The position numbers were made by a program, and so were the translations under genes. Shown here one piece after another: positions 36,973 to 47,525 of a stretch of 49,016 bases of DNA (position 1 is the first letter of the stretch; each line of letters opens with the position of its first letter). The notes under the pieces were generated by a model. The model made no database searches. It was not told where the DNA came from and was given only the letters and a program-made list of their open reading frames with translations. The DNA lies in contig CAVTWJ010000003.1 of assembly GCA_963738405.1 (NCBI GenBank), positions 1 to 49,016 of the forward strand. Reading direction: 5' to 3'. This DNA is from a candidate division FCPU426 bacterium (GTDB taxonomy: Bacteria > Oederibacteriota > Muellerivitia > Muellerivitales > Muellerivitaceae).

Positions 36973-39900
36973 TTGTTCCTAAAAAAACTCGAAATCCACG
37001 GATTCAAATCCTTCGCAGATAAAACCGAACTGATTCTTGAGACCGGAATCACGGCGGTAGTAGGGCCCAACGGCTGCGGCAAAACCAACGTGTCCGACAG
37101 CATCCGGTGGGTCATGGGAGAGCAATCCGCGAAGGGGTTGAGGGCTTCCGAAATGACGGATGTCATTTTCAACGGAACCGACGTTCGCAAACCCGCCAGC
37201 ATGGCGGAGGTGACCTTGACTCTTTCAAACGAGGACAAGGCCATTCCCCTGGAGTTCAATGAAATTTCCATTACCCGCAGGGTTTACCGATCCGGCGAAT
37301 CCGAGTACCTCATCAACAAAGCCACCGCCCGCCTGAAGGATGTCCGGGAACTCTTCATGGGAACGGGGCTGGGCATCAGCGCCTACTCCATTATGGAACA
37401 AGGCAAAATGGATCAGATCGTCACCTCCAAACCCACCGAGCGCCGGGCCTTGTTTGAGGAAGCCGCCGGAATTACCCGGTACAAAGCCCGCAAGGTAGAG
37501 GCTTTGCGCAAGTTGGAAGCCACCGAACAGAACCTGGTTCGGGTCGCCGATATCATCGCCGAAATCAAAAGGCAAATTTCGACCCTGGAACGGCAAGCCA
37601 AGCAGGCTGAGAAATACCGTAAATATAAAGAAGACCTCGGCAAGCTCCAGGTGCTTCTGCATTTAGATAAAACCGTCAAACTCAAGGAAAAGCTCAAGGA
37701 ATTGGAACATAAAACCGCCCAGGTGCGAGCCAAAATGGACGAGGCCCAAGGCGATACCCACAAGCTGGAGCAGGACGAAAAGCAGCAGCGTTCCCGGCTG
37801 GCCGAAATTGAGGAACAGTTATCCCAAACGAGGGAGCAGGCCTACAAGGTTCATAGCGAAGTTGAGCTGACCCAGGGCCGGATGGAAGGCACCAAACGCC
37901 ACAAGGATTTGTTGGCGGATCAAAGGGGAAGAAACGAACAGCAGGTGGCCGAGGCGGTGGCCCGCATTGAGAATTTGAAAATTTGGATCACCGAGCGCCG
38001 GCAGATGGTTTCCAACAAGGAAAGCCAGAAGTCGGAAAAGGAATCCCAAAAGCGCGGCTTGGTGGAAAAATTATCCGCCCTCGACGGCGACCTCAACGCG
38101 AAAAACCAGGATTTGGAAAATAAAAACAGCGCGGCGGTGGATTTGGTCACGAAAGCCGCCCAAATGCGGGCCGAGTTGGAATCCCTAAGGTCCCAGGACG
38201 CTGAAACCTCCAAGCGGGTCCAGGATGTGACCGATCAGCTGAACCGGGCGGAAGCGGGCCTTTCCGATTCCTCGCGGATGCTGGAAGAATTCAGACAAGC
38301 CAAGTCCAAGGCCCAGTCGGACGAGGCCCAAACCGTCGAGTCGATTGTCTCGACCCAGTCATCCCTTTCCCAGCAAGAAACAATGCTGGATGAAATTAAC
38401 GCCTCTCTGCGCCAGCTCAACAACCAGCATTCCGAGGTCCGTTCTCGATTCGGAGTGCTTGAGGAACTTCAAAACAAATTGACGGGCTACGATCCGGGCG
38501 TCAAGGCGGTCCTGCAGGCCAAGCAAAACGAGCCCTTGATGTGGCAGGAAGTGTTGGGAGTGGTGGCGGATCTTTTATCTGTCGATCAGTCTCTTGAAAG
38601 TGCGGTTGAAAATCTGCTGGGGAGCCAGCTTCAATCCCTGGTTGTCCAAAATCGTAAGACTGCCGCAAGGGTGGTTGAGTTTTTGAAAGCCGAGGGACAG
38701 GGAAAAGTTTCACTTTTGGTGCTGGAAGATCTGCTTTCCGGTTCCGGAACCTCGATCCCTTCGGGAGAGGGCCATGTGGGCCCCTTGCCTGAATCGGTGA
38801 AATTCCAACCCGCGTTGGAGCCAATGGTCCGCTTCCTATTGGGCGACGGGCATCTGGTGGAAGATTGGTCCGTGGCGGAAAGAATGAGTGAACAGTATCC
38901 CACCCGGCGTTTTGTGACCCGGGATGGGGACCGCCAGGGCCCGAAGGGCTCCTGGAAGGCAGGCTCCGCGGTTACGGGTTTTTCCCTTTTAGGGCGTCAC
39001 CGTGAAATGACCGAGTTGAACGACCGGATCAAGTCCCTGGAAGCCGATATCCAGGCGGGCGAGCAAAAATTAATCGATTCCAAGAAAACACGCAAAGAAA
39101 CCGAGGATGTGCTTTTGGCATCCGAATCCCGGCGCCAGCAATTGAAAATCCTTTTGGCGGAGACTGAAAAAGAACTCCACCGTTTGGATGAAACCAAAGC
39201 GAGACTGGAAGGCGAGAAGACGGAACTCGAAAAGGAAAGGCAGGGCCTGGAAGCCCATTGGCAGGCGGATAAGAACCGCGTGGACCAGCTTTCCGTGCTT
39301 TTGTCCCAGAGTGAGCAGGCCCAGAACCTGACCCAAGAGGAAATCGCCGAGGCGCGTAAATCCCTTCAAAACCTGCGGGACCGGAGGGAAGAATTGTCCC
39401 GGCTCGTGGTTCAGGCCGAATTGGAATTGGCGGCCATGGATGAGATGGCGCTTCGGGCCCAGGAAGAAGCCGACCGCTACCAGCTGGAGCAGGACCAGTT
39501 GACCCAATCCATCGCCCTGAAAAAAGACGAAAACCAGCAATTGGAGAACCAGGACCGGCAGTTATCGCTGGACCTGTCGGACTTGGAACAAAAGGCCGGG
39601 GGCCTGACGAATTCCAAAAAAGAGGCGGATGAAAAGGTCCAGGCCGTCTTGACCCAGAGGGAAGGCGTGGCTGCGGAGACCGAAGAGCGCATTGAGAAGG
39701 TGAAAAAGTCCCGCCTGAAGCTTGAAGAGGTCCAAAGGGAACTGCACGGTTTCGCCGTTCAAGAAGCCCAGATCGGCGTTGAGATCCGCAACTACGAGGA
39801 AAAATTGCAGGTGGAATACAAGGTCGACCTGGACAACCCGCCGGTCACTCCCCAGGAGGGTTTTGACTCGGCCGCCGCCGAAACCGAATCCATAGAACTG

Positions 39901-40542
39901 CGGGCCAAAATCGAGCGGCTGGGGCTGGTGAACATGGTGGCCATGGAAGAATATGACGAACTTTCCCAAAGGTTCAAGTTTCTCAGCGAACAACAGGAAG
40001 ATTTGTTGAAGGCCAAGGATGATCTTCAAAAGGCCATTAACAAGATCAATCTGACCTCCAAAGAACTTTTCACGTCCACCTTTTCCACCGTTCAAGAAAA
40101 TTTCAAAGATATCTTTCAACGACTTTTCGAAGGCGGCCGCGCGGAACTGATTTTGATCGATGAGGGGGATGTTTTGGAGTCGGGTATCGAAATTGTGGCC
40201 CGTCCTCCGGGAAAAAGGCTTCAATCCGTCTCGCTCTTGTCAGGCGGAGAAAAGGCCCTGACGGCTATCGCGCTTTTGTTCGCGCTCTTTATGGTGAAGC
40301 CCAGTCCCTTTTGCCTCTTGGATGAAATTGACGCGCCCCTGGATGACGTCAATGTGGGCCGTTTTACCCACTTGCTGAAGGAATTCAGCAAACGTACCCA
40401 GTTCATCATGATTACCCATAACAAGGTCAGCATGGAAACGGGGGACATCCTTTACGGAGTGACAATGCAGGAATCGGGTGTTTCCAAAATCATTTCGACC
40501 AAATTCAAAGAAAACAAGGCTGAGGAAACGGCGGTTAATTAA
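36973..40542 (+). CDS. smc: Chromosome segregation protein SMC
   Basis: GFKSFAD, GPNGCGKTN, coiled coils, hinge, LSGGEK, LLDEIDAPLD. Confidence 0.98.
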   Translation: MFLKKLEIHGFKSFADKTELILETGITAVVGPNGCGKTNVSDSIRWVMGEQSAKGLRASEMTDVIFNGTDVRKPASMAEVTLTLSNEDKAIPLEFNEISITRRVYRSGESEYLINKATARLKDVRELFMGTGLGISAYSIMEQGKMDQIVTSKPTERRALFEEAAGITRYKARKVEALRKLEATEQNLVRVADIIAEIKRQISTLERQAKQAEKYRKYKEDLGKLQVLLHLDKTVKLKEKLKELEHKTAQVRAKMDEAQGDTHKLEQDEKQQRSRLAEIEEQLSQTREQAYKVHSEVELTQGRMEGTKRHKDLLADQRGRNEQQVAEAVARIENLKIWITERRQMVSNKESQKSEKESQKRGLVEKLSALDGDLNAKNQDLENKNSAAVDLVTKAAQMRAELESLRSQDAETSKRVQDVTDQLNRAEAGLSDSSRMLEEFRQAKSKAQSDEAQTVESIVSTQSSLSQQETMLDEINASLRQLNNQHSEVRSRFGVLEELQNKLTGYDPGVKAVLQAKQNEPLMWQEVLGVVADLLSVDQSLESAVENLLGSQLQSLVVQNRKTAARVVEFLKAEGQGKVSLLVLEDLLSGSGTSIPSGEGHVGPLPESVKFQPALEPMVRFLLGDGHLVEDWSVAERMSEQYPTRRFVTRDGDRQGPKGSWKAGSAVTGFSLLGRHREMTELNDRIKSLEADIQAGEQKLIDSKKTRKETEDVLLASESRRQQLKILLAETEKELHRLDETKARLEGEKTELEKERQGLEAHWQADKNRVDQLSVLLSQSEQAQNLTQEEIAEARKSLQNLRDRREELSRLVVQAELELAAMDEMALRAQEEADRYQLEQDQLTQSIALKKDENQQLENQDRQLSLDLSDLEQKAGGLTNSKKEADEKVQAVLTQREGVAAETEERIEKVKKSRLKLEEVQRELHGFAVQEAQIGVEIRNYEEKLQVEYKVDLDNPPVTPQEGFDSAAAETESIELRAKIERLGLVNMVAMEEYDELSQRFKFLSEQQEDLLKAKDDLQKAINKINLTSKELFTSTFSTVQENFKDIFQRLFEGGRAELILIDEGDVLESGIEIVARPPGKRLQSVSLLSGGEKALTAIALLFALFMVKPSPFCLLDEIDAPLDDVNVGRFTHLLKEFSKRTQFIMITHNKVSMETGDILYGVTMQESGVSKIISTKFKENKAEETAVN

Positions 40543-40548
40543 TCCGCC

Positions 40549-41640
40549 ATGACCCAGTTGGAAAAAAAGGCAAAGAAAAGTTTTTGGTTTTTCCTTAAAC
40601 CCTTGATCGGCCTTATTCCCTCCACATCGCAATCCCTGCCCCCCCATCCGTCCCTGTTGGTGCTAAGACCTGACCGGCTGGGAGACTTCATACTTTCAGC
40701 CCCGGCGATCACAGCCCTTTTGAGAAAAGCTGGTCCCTCCGCCCGCGTGACCCTGGTGGCCGGGGTCCCAAACGAATTGCTGACCCGGCGCCTTTTTCCC
40801 TCGGCCCGAGTATGGGTTTTCCGAAAAAATATTTTTTCTCGAATGGATTTGTTAATTAAAATTCTTCTCAACCGGTTTGACGCGGTAGTGGATTTTCATT
40901 CCTATCCCTTTTCCACAACCTCGGCTTTGATGGCCTTGGTCTCGGGGAGTTCCCGAAGGGTGGGGTTCATAAATTCCCAAGGTCCTAACGAACTCCAAGA
41001 AGCCATTTTTAATTGGGGAGTCCCTGCGCCCTCCGAAAACACACACGAATCTCAAAAAAGCATGTTGTTATCCCGGAAACTTTATCCTGCGATCAAGTTT
41101 CCCGGCTTGAAAGCTGTTTTTAAGATGGACCTGGTACAAGACCAAAGACTAATTGAGAAGTTTCTAGCCCAAACAGGGATCAAGCCGGACGACCGATTGA
41201 TCGGTTTTCACCCCACCCTGGCGAAAGAGGACAACCGCTGGAATCCGGAATATTATCTGGAGTTATTGAGACTGGTCCCCCCCCGTAAGGGGATCAAGTG
41301 GGTTCTATTCCATGGTCGGGGGGAAGGGAACCAGTTGGAAAATTTCAAGAAAGCGGTTGAGGATCAGCCGGGAGTCGTTATCCTACCCTCCGATCATTTG
41401 TCTCAGGTCATGGCGGCGGCCGGCAGGTGCTCCCTCTTTGTGGGGGGGGATAGCGGACTCACACATGCCTGCGCCATTATGACCAGGGTTATCGCCCTGT
41501 TTGGGCCAAGCGACCCCAGGCGATGGGGACCCTTGAGCCTTCATCGGCCAGTGATCATCCGATCCGCCGATCAAAAGTGCGGCTCAATTCAACCAAAGAA
41601 GGTGGCGGCGGTAGTGAAAAAGGCTTTAATCAAGAAATAG
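40549..41640 (+). CDS. Glycosyltransferase family 9 (heptosyltransferase-like)
   Basis: RPDRLGDFILS, GDSGLTHA, LFGPSDPRRWGP. Confidence 0.88.
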   Translation: MTQLEKKAKKSFWFFLKPLIGLIPSTSQSLPPHPSLLVLRPDRLGDFILSAPAITALLRKAGPSARVTLVAGVPNELLTRRLFPSARVWVFRKNIFSRMDLLIKILLNRFDAVVDFHSYPFSTTSALMALVSGSSRRVGFINSQGPNELQEAIFNWGVPAPSENTHESQKSMLLSRKLYPAIKFPGLKAVFKMDLVQDQRLIEKFLAQTGIKPDDRLIGFHPTLAKEDNRWNPEYYLELLRLVPPRKGIKWVLFHGRGEGNQLENFKKAVEDQPGVVILPSDHLSQVMAAAGRCSLFVGGDSGLTHACAIMTRVIALFGPSDPRRWGPLSLHRPVIIRSADQKCGSIQPKKVAAVVKKALIKK

Positions 41641-41652
41641 GAATGGGCATCG

Positions 41653-42573
41653 ATGGGTTTATTTGACCAGATAAAGAATGGCCTAAAAAAAACCGCGCGA
41701 CAATTATCGACCGGATTGGGCCAAATCCTCCATTCCAACCAGCCCTTAAGCAGGGAAACCCTGGCCCTTCTGGAAGAACAATTGATCCTTTGCGACACCG
41801 GGGTTGAAACCGCCAAGGCGATCGTCAAAGAAATATCCGAAAAAACCGCTTCTTTACAGAATTCCAGCTTACCCCTTGCCAAGCAATTATTAAAAGAGGC
41901 GGTCGAACGCAGGCTTACCTTTCAAGGCTCGCCTTGGGAATTAACCCGGCCCGCGGTCATTCTGCTCGGGGGGGTCAATGGGGCCGGAAAGACGACCACG
42001 GCTGGCAAGTTGGCGGCTAAATATTCCACGGAGGGCCGAAAGGTTCTTCTAGTGGCGGGCGATACTTTTCGGGCAGCGGCGGAAGAACAGCTGACGCAGT
42101 GGTCTGATCGTGCTAAAGTAGAGTTTGTTCGGGGAGCCCACGGAGCTTCACCCTCTTCGGTAATTTTTGATGCGTTAAAATCAGGTCTTTCCCGTGGAAT
42201 GGATTGTTTGATCGTGGATACTGCAGGTCGACTCCACAACCGTTCCAATTTAATGGAAGAACTGGATAAAATTGCCCGGGTTACCCAGAAGGCCGCACCG
42301 GGAATCGCCGAGGAAAGATGGCTGGTTTTGGACGCCAATACGGGTCAAAATGCCATCCATCAGGCGAAAGAATTTAACCAGGGAATGGCCCTGACCGGTT
42401 TAGTGTTAACCAAATTAGATGGAACCGCGAAGGGCGGGGTGGTTCTGGCTTTGGCGGATCGATTATCACTTCCCATCCGTTTTTTGGGGGTGGGTGAAGG
42501 TCTAGAAGATTTGGTGCCGTTTGACGCGGGTTTATTCGCTGAGGCCCTGCTTTCTGAGGACGCCTTGGCTTAA
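41653..42573 (+). CDS. ftsY: Signal recognition particle receptor FtsY
   Basis: GVNGAGKTTT, DTFRAAA, DTAGR, TKLDGTAKGG. Confidence 0.96.
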   Translation: MGLFDQIKNGLKKTARQLSTGLGQILHSNQPLSRETLALLEEQLILCDTGVETAKAIVKEISEKTASLQNSSLPLAKQLLKEAVERRLTFQGSPWELTRPAVILLGGVNGAGKTTTAGKLAAKYSTEGRKVLLVAGDTFRAAAEEQLTQWSDRAKVEFVRGAHGASPSSVIFDALKSGLSRGMDCLIVDTAGRLHNRSNLMEELDKIARVTQKAAPGIAEERWLVLDANTGQNAIHQAKEFNQGMALTGLVLTKLDGTAKGGVVLALADRLSLPIRFLGVGEGLEDLVPFDAGLFAEALLSEDALA

Positions 42574-42644
42574 ATTTAATGCTGATTCCGGAATTTTCCG
42601 GTTCCCTTAGTTCCCAGGGATTAATCCTTTCGGGAGGGTTTTGT

Positions 42645-42995
42645 ATGGAGAGTTTGGTTCTTGCTACGCGGTCTGCCATGGCCAACACTTCGGTAACCGT
42701 GGTGGATATTGAAGGTGTGCTCGATATTAATACCGTGGGTGAATTTGAAACTGTGCTTCAGGATCTGTTCAAGAAAAAGCAGTATAAGATCGTATTGAAC
42801 ATGAAAAAACTTACTTATATCTCCAGCGCCGGATTCGGCGTGCTCATGAGCGTTATCAAGGATGTCCGCAAAAACCGCGGAGATATCAAAATCGCTAATG
42901 TCAGCCCCGACATCTACAAGGTTTTCGACTTGTTGGAGTTGCCGGGTCTTTTCCATATTCTTAAGACCGAGCAGGATGCTGTCGGCGAATTTTAG
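42645..42995 (+). CDS. STAS-domain anti-sigma-factor antagonist (RsbV/SpoIIAA-like)
   Basis: GGGAGG RBS; EGVLD, LTYISSAGFGVL. Confidence 0.9.
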   Translation: MESLVLATRSAMANTSVTVVDIEGVLDINTVGEFETVLQDLFKKKQYKIVLNMKKLTYISSAGFGVLMSVIKDVRKNRGDIKIANVSPDIYKVFDLLELPGLFHILKTEQDAVGEF

Positions 42996-42999
42996 CATC

Positions 43000-44517
43000 A
43001 TGTTTTTGATCCTCAGACCTATCCTCCTCCTATTGACCCTCGTTTTTTCCGTTCTTTCCAATCCGCTTTTCGCCGTGGAAGCCAAGTTGACCATCCTATT
43101 TACAGGCGATCAGGACGGACAAATCGACTCCCTTCCCCTGTCCGACCCCTCCCAACCTGTCGGCGGCATCGCCCGCCGGATGACCCTCATCAACCGGATT
43201 CGGAAGGAAGTGGGGGACTCCTCGGTCGTTTTGGTGGACAGCGGGAACCTTTTGACCGGTACCGCCTTCGCCGATATGACGCGCGGTCAAGTCATGTGCG
43301 CGGCCGTTCAAATGATGGGATACGACGCCCTGGCCGTGGGGGAAGGTGATTTTACCTACGGCAAAAAAACCCTTCTGGAATACCGCAAAAAATTCAAGAT
43401 CCCCTGGGTTTCGGCGAACGTCCACGCGGGCCTCCAGCCTTTCTTAAGGGATTATGAACTCAAGTATTGCGGAGTGCGGGTTGGCTTTATTGGAATCACC
43501 AATCCGGATGCACCCTCGCTTACCAACAAACAAAATGTTCAGGGACTGAATTTTATCCCCGGGGGAGCCGCCATCAAGGGATTGCATTCCATCTTCAAAA
43601 AAGACGCCGATCTTTTCATCGTTTTGAGCCGTTTGGGGTTGGATCAGGATAAAAAGCTGGCAAAAGACAATTCCTTCCTGCATGTCATCATCAGCGGGAA
43701 CAGCGACAAGGTTTTAAAGGACCCCCTCCTCAACCTGACCAAGGGGGGGGGGCTGGTCGGGCCCCTCTTGGTTCAATCGGGAAACCGGGGTCTTTACCTG
43801 GGACGGTTGGATTTGACGGTGGACGGAAAAAGGGACCGGAAAACAAAAAAATCCGAGTTTGCCGTCGTGGAATATCACTACCAAATGATTCCCATCACCA
43901 GCGATATTCCTGAAGATCCGCAAATGAAGGCCCTGGCGGATCAGTATAGGAAAACACTGGTCGATAAACCCCTGGATCAAGTCTTAGCGACCTTCACCGC
44001 TTCCATTTCCCCCAAAGCGGACTGCCTTCTGGGGCAAGTCGTGGCCGACGCGCTCAGGGATGCCACGGGTGCGGATATGGCCTTTGTTCCAACAGGGACG
44101 CTTTCCGGTACTCTGAAGGCCGGGCCCTTTACCCGGCAGGACCTCTATAACCTTTATCCTGAGGAAGATTCGGTTTATATGGTGCAAGCCACTGGGGCGG
44201 TTATTCGGGAGGCCATTAAAAGATCCATTGAAATGAAGGGACAACCCGGGTTTCTCCAAATCTCGGGGTTGGCGGTTCATTCCTCCAATGGGAAATTGCA
44301 ACTTACTCTGGGAAACGAGGCTCTTGGCGAAAGGATCCTTTACAAGATTGTTACGACGGATCGTCTGGTCATGGGGCAAGGAGGATACTGGCCCTTGAAA
44401 AGATTAAATTCCCGTCAAAAAATCGATGTGAGTTTTCGGGATCTTTTGGAAAAAGCGTTGTTAACCAAGCAAACCTTATCGCCCACTGATTTACAAACTC
44501 GTTGGGATATTCCCTGA
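43000..44517 (+). CDS. Secreted 5'-nucleotidase/metallophosphoesterase-fold protein with degenerate metal ligands
   Basis: Signal peptide; GGIARR, DSGN, MGYDA, SAN, LGRLDL; 5'-NT C-terminal domain (FLQISG). Confidence 0.8.
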   Translation: MFLILRPILLLLTLVFSVLSNPLFAVEAKLTILFTGDQDGQIDSLPLSDPSQPVGGIARRMTLINRIRKEVGDSSVVLVDSGNLLTGTAFADMTRGQVMCAAVQMMGYDALAVGEGDFTYGKKTLLEYRKKFKIPWVSANVHAGLQPFLRDYELKYCGVRVGFIGITNPDAPSLTNKQNVQGLNFIPGGAAIKGLHSIFKKDADLFIVLSRLGLDQDKKLAKDNSFLHVIISGNSDKVLKDPLLNLTKGGGLVGPLLVQSGNRGLYLGRLDLTVDGKRDRKTKKSEFAVVEYHYQMIPITSDIPEDPQMKALADQYRKTLVDKPLDQVLATFTASISPKADCLLGQVVADALRDATGADMAFVPTGTLSGTLKAGPFTRQDLYNLYPEEDSVYMVQATGAVIREAIKRSIEMKGQPGFLQISGLAVHSSNGKLQLTLGNEALGERILYKIVTTDRLVMGQGGYWPLKRLNSRQKIDVSFRDLLEKALLTKQTLSPTDLQTRWDIP

Positions 44518-44541
44518 AAAAATCTGAAAAACCGCCTCGCC

Positions 44542-44569
44542 TTGACAGCCCTTTGACGGGTCCTATAAT
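44542..44569 (+). promoter_or_regulatory. Sigma70-type promoter upstream of glgA
   Basis: TTGACA-N16-TATAAT. Confidence 0.75.
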
Positions 44570-44680
44570 GCCCAAGTTCAAAATAAGAAATATTCATTTT
44601 TATGAAGTGTTTAGATCAAACTGTTTTTTATTAAAAAACATAAATAATCGATCGGGTTTTACCCTCAAGGGCGGGCTTTC

Positions 44681-46183
44681 GTGAAAACGCAAAAATCAAA
44701 AAAAACGGTTAAATCAGCCGAATCTCCCAAACCCAAAATTCTATTCGTGGCTCCTGAAGTTGTTCCCTTCGCGAAAACCGGCGGATTGGCCGATGTGGTG
44801 GGGTCTCTTCCGGCGGCCTTGATGAAGCTCGGCTGTGAGGTGAACGTGGTTTTGCCCCGATACCGCGCGGTTTCCCCCGAAAAATATAAATTGAAGGCCG
44901 AGAAAAGAGGCCTTTCGGTGCCGATGGGGATGGGGGAAATGCAGGCGGATATCCTTTCCACCCGGTTGGGCGACACCCATGGAACAGTTTATTTCATCCA
45001 AAACGACCGTTACTTTGACCGCGATGGTTTTTATGGGACCGCCGAGGGTGATTTTCACGATAATGCCGAGCGGTTCGCTTTTTTTTCCAGGGCTGTTTTA
45101 GAAATGTTGAAGGCGCTTAACTGGTTTCCCCATGTACTTCATTTGAATGATTGGCAGACAGGGCTGGTGGCCGCCTATTTGAAAACCCTTTACGCCGATC
45201 TTCCTTCTTACGATGGGGTTAAAACCCTTTTTAGCATCCATAACATGGCCTATCAGGGACTATTCCCGAAATATGTTCTGCCCATGACTGGGATTCCATG
45301 GGAAGAATTCGGACCGGACCGCCTGGAGTTTTACGACCAGGTCAATTATCTGAAGGCGGGATTGGTTTATTCGGACGCCTTGAGTACCGTTTCTGAAACC
45401 TATGCCAGCGAGATCCAAACGGAAGAATATGGGCACGGCCTGCAGGGTGTTCTGGGTTCCCGATCCGCGGACCTTCATGGAATCGTCAACGGTATCGATT
45501 ATTCGGAATGGAATCCGGCGACCGATAAGGGCATACCCGCCCAGTACACGGTGAAGAACCATAGCAATAAAATAGAATCCAAACGCAAACTCCTGAAGGA
45601 GCAAAATCTGGATTTCAAACCCCAAACCCCGGTGGTGGGACTCATTTCCCGGCTGACGGATCAAAAGGGGTTTGATTTGATCGCGGAAATCCTGAAGGAA
45701 TTCCTTGAGATGGACGTCCAATTTATCGTTTTGGGCACGGGGGAGCCCCGTTACCACGCGCTGCTCGAGGAATGGAAAAACCGTTATCCCCAAAAGCTCG
45801 CGGTGAACCTCAAATTCGACAACCGATTGGCCAAGTTAATTTACGCTGGAAGCGACCTGTTTCTCATGCCTTCACGGTTCGAGCCCTGTGGGTTGGGACA
45901 GATGATCGCGATGAAATACGGAACCATTCCCCTGGTACGGAAAACAGGGGGGCTCTCGGACACGGTTGAAAACCTTTCCTTGGATGGACGCAAGGGAACA
46001 GGCTTTGTCTTTGAAAACTATAAAAGCGATGAGCTTCTGGATACCTTGAAAAGGGCGTTGGAAGCCTACCAACAGTCGAAATTGTGGTCCGGAATGGTCG
46101 AGCGCGTCATGAAACAGGATTTTTCCTGGGAATCCTCCGCCAAGAAATACCTTAAACTTTACGAAACTCTTATGCGGTCCTAG
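44681..46183 (+). CDS. glgA: Glycogen synthase
   Basis: KTGGLADV, HLNDWQTG, IHNMAYQG, PSRFEPCGL. Confidence 0.97.
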   Translation: MKTQKSKKTVKSAESPKPKILFVAPEVVPFAKTGGLADVVGSLPAALMKLGCEVNVVLPRYRAVSPEKYKLKAEKRGLSVPMGMGEMQADILSTRLGDTHGTVYFIQNDRYFDRDGFYGTAEGDFHDNAERFAFFSRAVLEMLKALNWFPHVLHLNDWQTGLVAAYLKTLYADLPSYDGVKTLFSIHNMAYQGLFPKYVLPMTGIPWEEFGPDRLEFYDQVNYLKAGLVYSDALSTVSETYASEIQTEEYGHGLQGVLGSRSADLHGIVNGIDYSEWNPATDKGIPAQYTVKNHSNKIESKRKLLKEQNLDFKPQTPVVGLISRLTDQKGFDLIAEILKEFLEMDVQFIVLGTGEPRYHALLEEWKNRYPQKLAVNLKFDNRLAKLIYAGSDLFLMPSRFEPCGLGQMIAMKYGTIPLVRKTGGLSDTVENLSLDGRKGTGFVFENYKSDELLDTLKRALEAYQQSKLWSGMVERVMKQDFSWESSAKKYLKLYETLMRS

Positions 46184-46241
46184 ACTTTCTTTCGTCCTTT
46201 CCCCCCTTTTTATTCTGATAAGGAAACCCGAAAATCAACCC

Positions 46242-47525
46242 ATGGCCTTGAACCAATTTTTTGATTCCAAAATGGACCGTTTGAAACACCACTGGCAATC
46301 CGCCAAGGAAAGTCTGGCGGGACGCTTGGCCCAAATGGGTGCGGAAACGGCGGTCTTTGGGGCCGTTGGGGTTTTGCTAAGGAACCTTGCCGCCATCGTT
46401 GAAAGAAAGGGGAGCGCCGAGCAGGCTGTGGACGCCGCCTTGAAGCCGATCGTCCAAAGCTTGAGGAACCTCCAGGCCGAGAATCAGCTTTCTTCCACCG
46501 ATATGGTATTTTTGTTATTCCTTCTCCGGGACAGCCTGAAAGAACTCTCGGGTGAAACGGTCAGAGAAGGGGCGGGGTTTGCCGAAGCAGGGACGGTTGA
46601 AAAGCTGGAACAAGTGACGCTGCTTTTGAACCGGCTGGGTCTCGTTTTTTTTGATAACGCCATGCGGCAGGACGGGCAGGAAAACGGGTTGGGCCAGGAT
46701 GTTTTGGCCATTGAATACGCCCTTTTGTATGAGCGGACCCGTCAGATGGCCATCACGGACCGGTTGACCGGGCTCTATAACTTCGGGTATTTCCTGGAAA
46801 GGCTGAAGGAAGAAAGAATCCGTGCCGAAAGATACCACCGTCTCCTTTCGCTGGTGATCATGGACCTGGATAACTTTAAAGTTTTTAACGATACCAACGG
46901 ACACCCCGCAGGAAATGAAGTGTTGAAGAAAGTGGCGCGGATTTTAAAAGAGGAATCCAGGGAGGTGGATGTGACGGCCCGCTATGGAGGGGAAGAATTA
47001 GTATTGATTCTTCCTGAAACCAGTCGGAAAAGGGCTTCCGAACTGGCCGAACGTATCCGCCATCGAATTGAAGCAACCTCCTTCGACCATATGGAATCAC
47101 AGCCTTCGGGGCGAGTCACTTTATCTGCCGGTGTGGCGACCTTTCCGGTGGATGCTTCCAATGAGGAAGCCTTGATCAAGGCGGCGGATGAGAGCCTATA
47201 CCAGGCTAAATCAAAAGGAAGAAACCGGGTCGAGTCCTATCAGCCGTCCCACAAAGTTACCCTTGCCTACCGGCCTTACCGGGAAGTTCAACGGGTTTCC
47301 CTGGTGGGAGACTTCAACAGTTGGGACAAGGATGTGGACCCGATGGAGCGTCAGCCCGATGGGACGTTTCGTTTTATCATCGCGCTCAATCCCGGGGTTT
47401 ATCACTACAAGTTTGTGCTTGATGACGTGGAGTGGATATCCGATCCCTTCTGCCATGAACGGGTTCACGACGGTCAGGGAGGCGACAACAGCGTCCTGCG
47501 CATTTCTCCGACGCCCGTTTCTTAA
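46242..47525 (+). CDS. Diguanylate cyclase: RsbRD_N-like helical domain + GGDEF + CBM48/AMPK-type glycogen-binding domain
   Basis: DRLTGLYN, DLDNFKVFNDTNGH, REVD..RYGGEEL; C-terminal VGDFNSW..PGVYHYKF..W..DP..NSV. Confidence 0.9.
   Translation: MALNQFFDSKMDRLKHHWQSAKESLAGRLAQMGAETAVFGAVGVLLRNLAAIVERKGSAEQAVDAALKPIVQSLRNLQAENQLSSTDMVFLLFLLRDSLKELSGETVREGAGFAEAGTVEKLEQVTLLLNRLGLVFFDNAMRQDGQENGLGQDVLAIEYALLYERTRQMAITDRLTGLYNFGYFLERLKEERIRAERYHRLLSLVIMDLDNFKVFNDTNGHPAGNEVLKKVARILKEESREVDVTARYGGEELVLILPETSRKRASELAERIRHRIEATSFDHMESQPSGRVTLSAGVATFPVDASNEEALIKAADESLYQAKSKGRNRVESYQPSHKVTLAYRPYREVQRVSLVGDFNSWDKDVDPMERQPDGTFRFIIALNPGVYHYKFVLDDVEWISDPFCHERVHDGQGGDNSVLRISPTPVS

Noticed and set aside
37225..40647. 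Numerous antisense and alternate-frame ORFs over smc (and similarly over typA, pilT, the kinase and glgA)
   Set aside because: Shadow ORFs of well-supported genes with no recognisable motifs.
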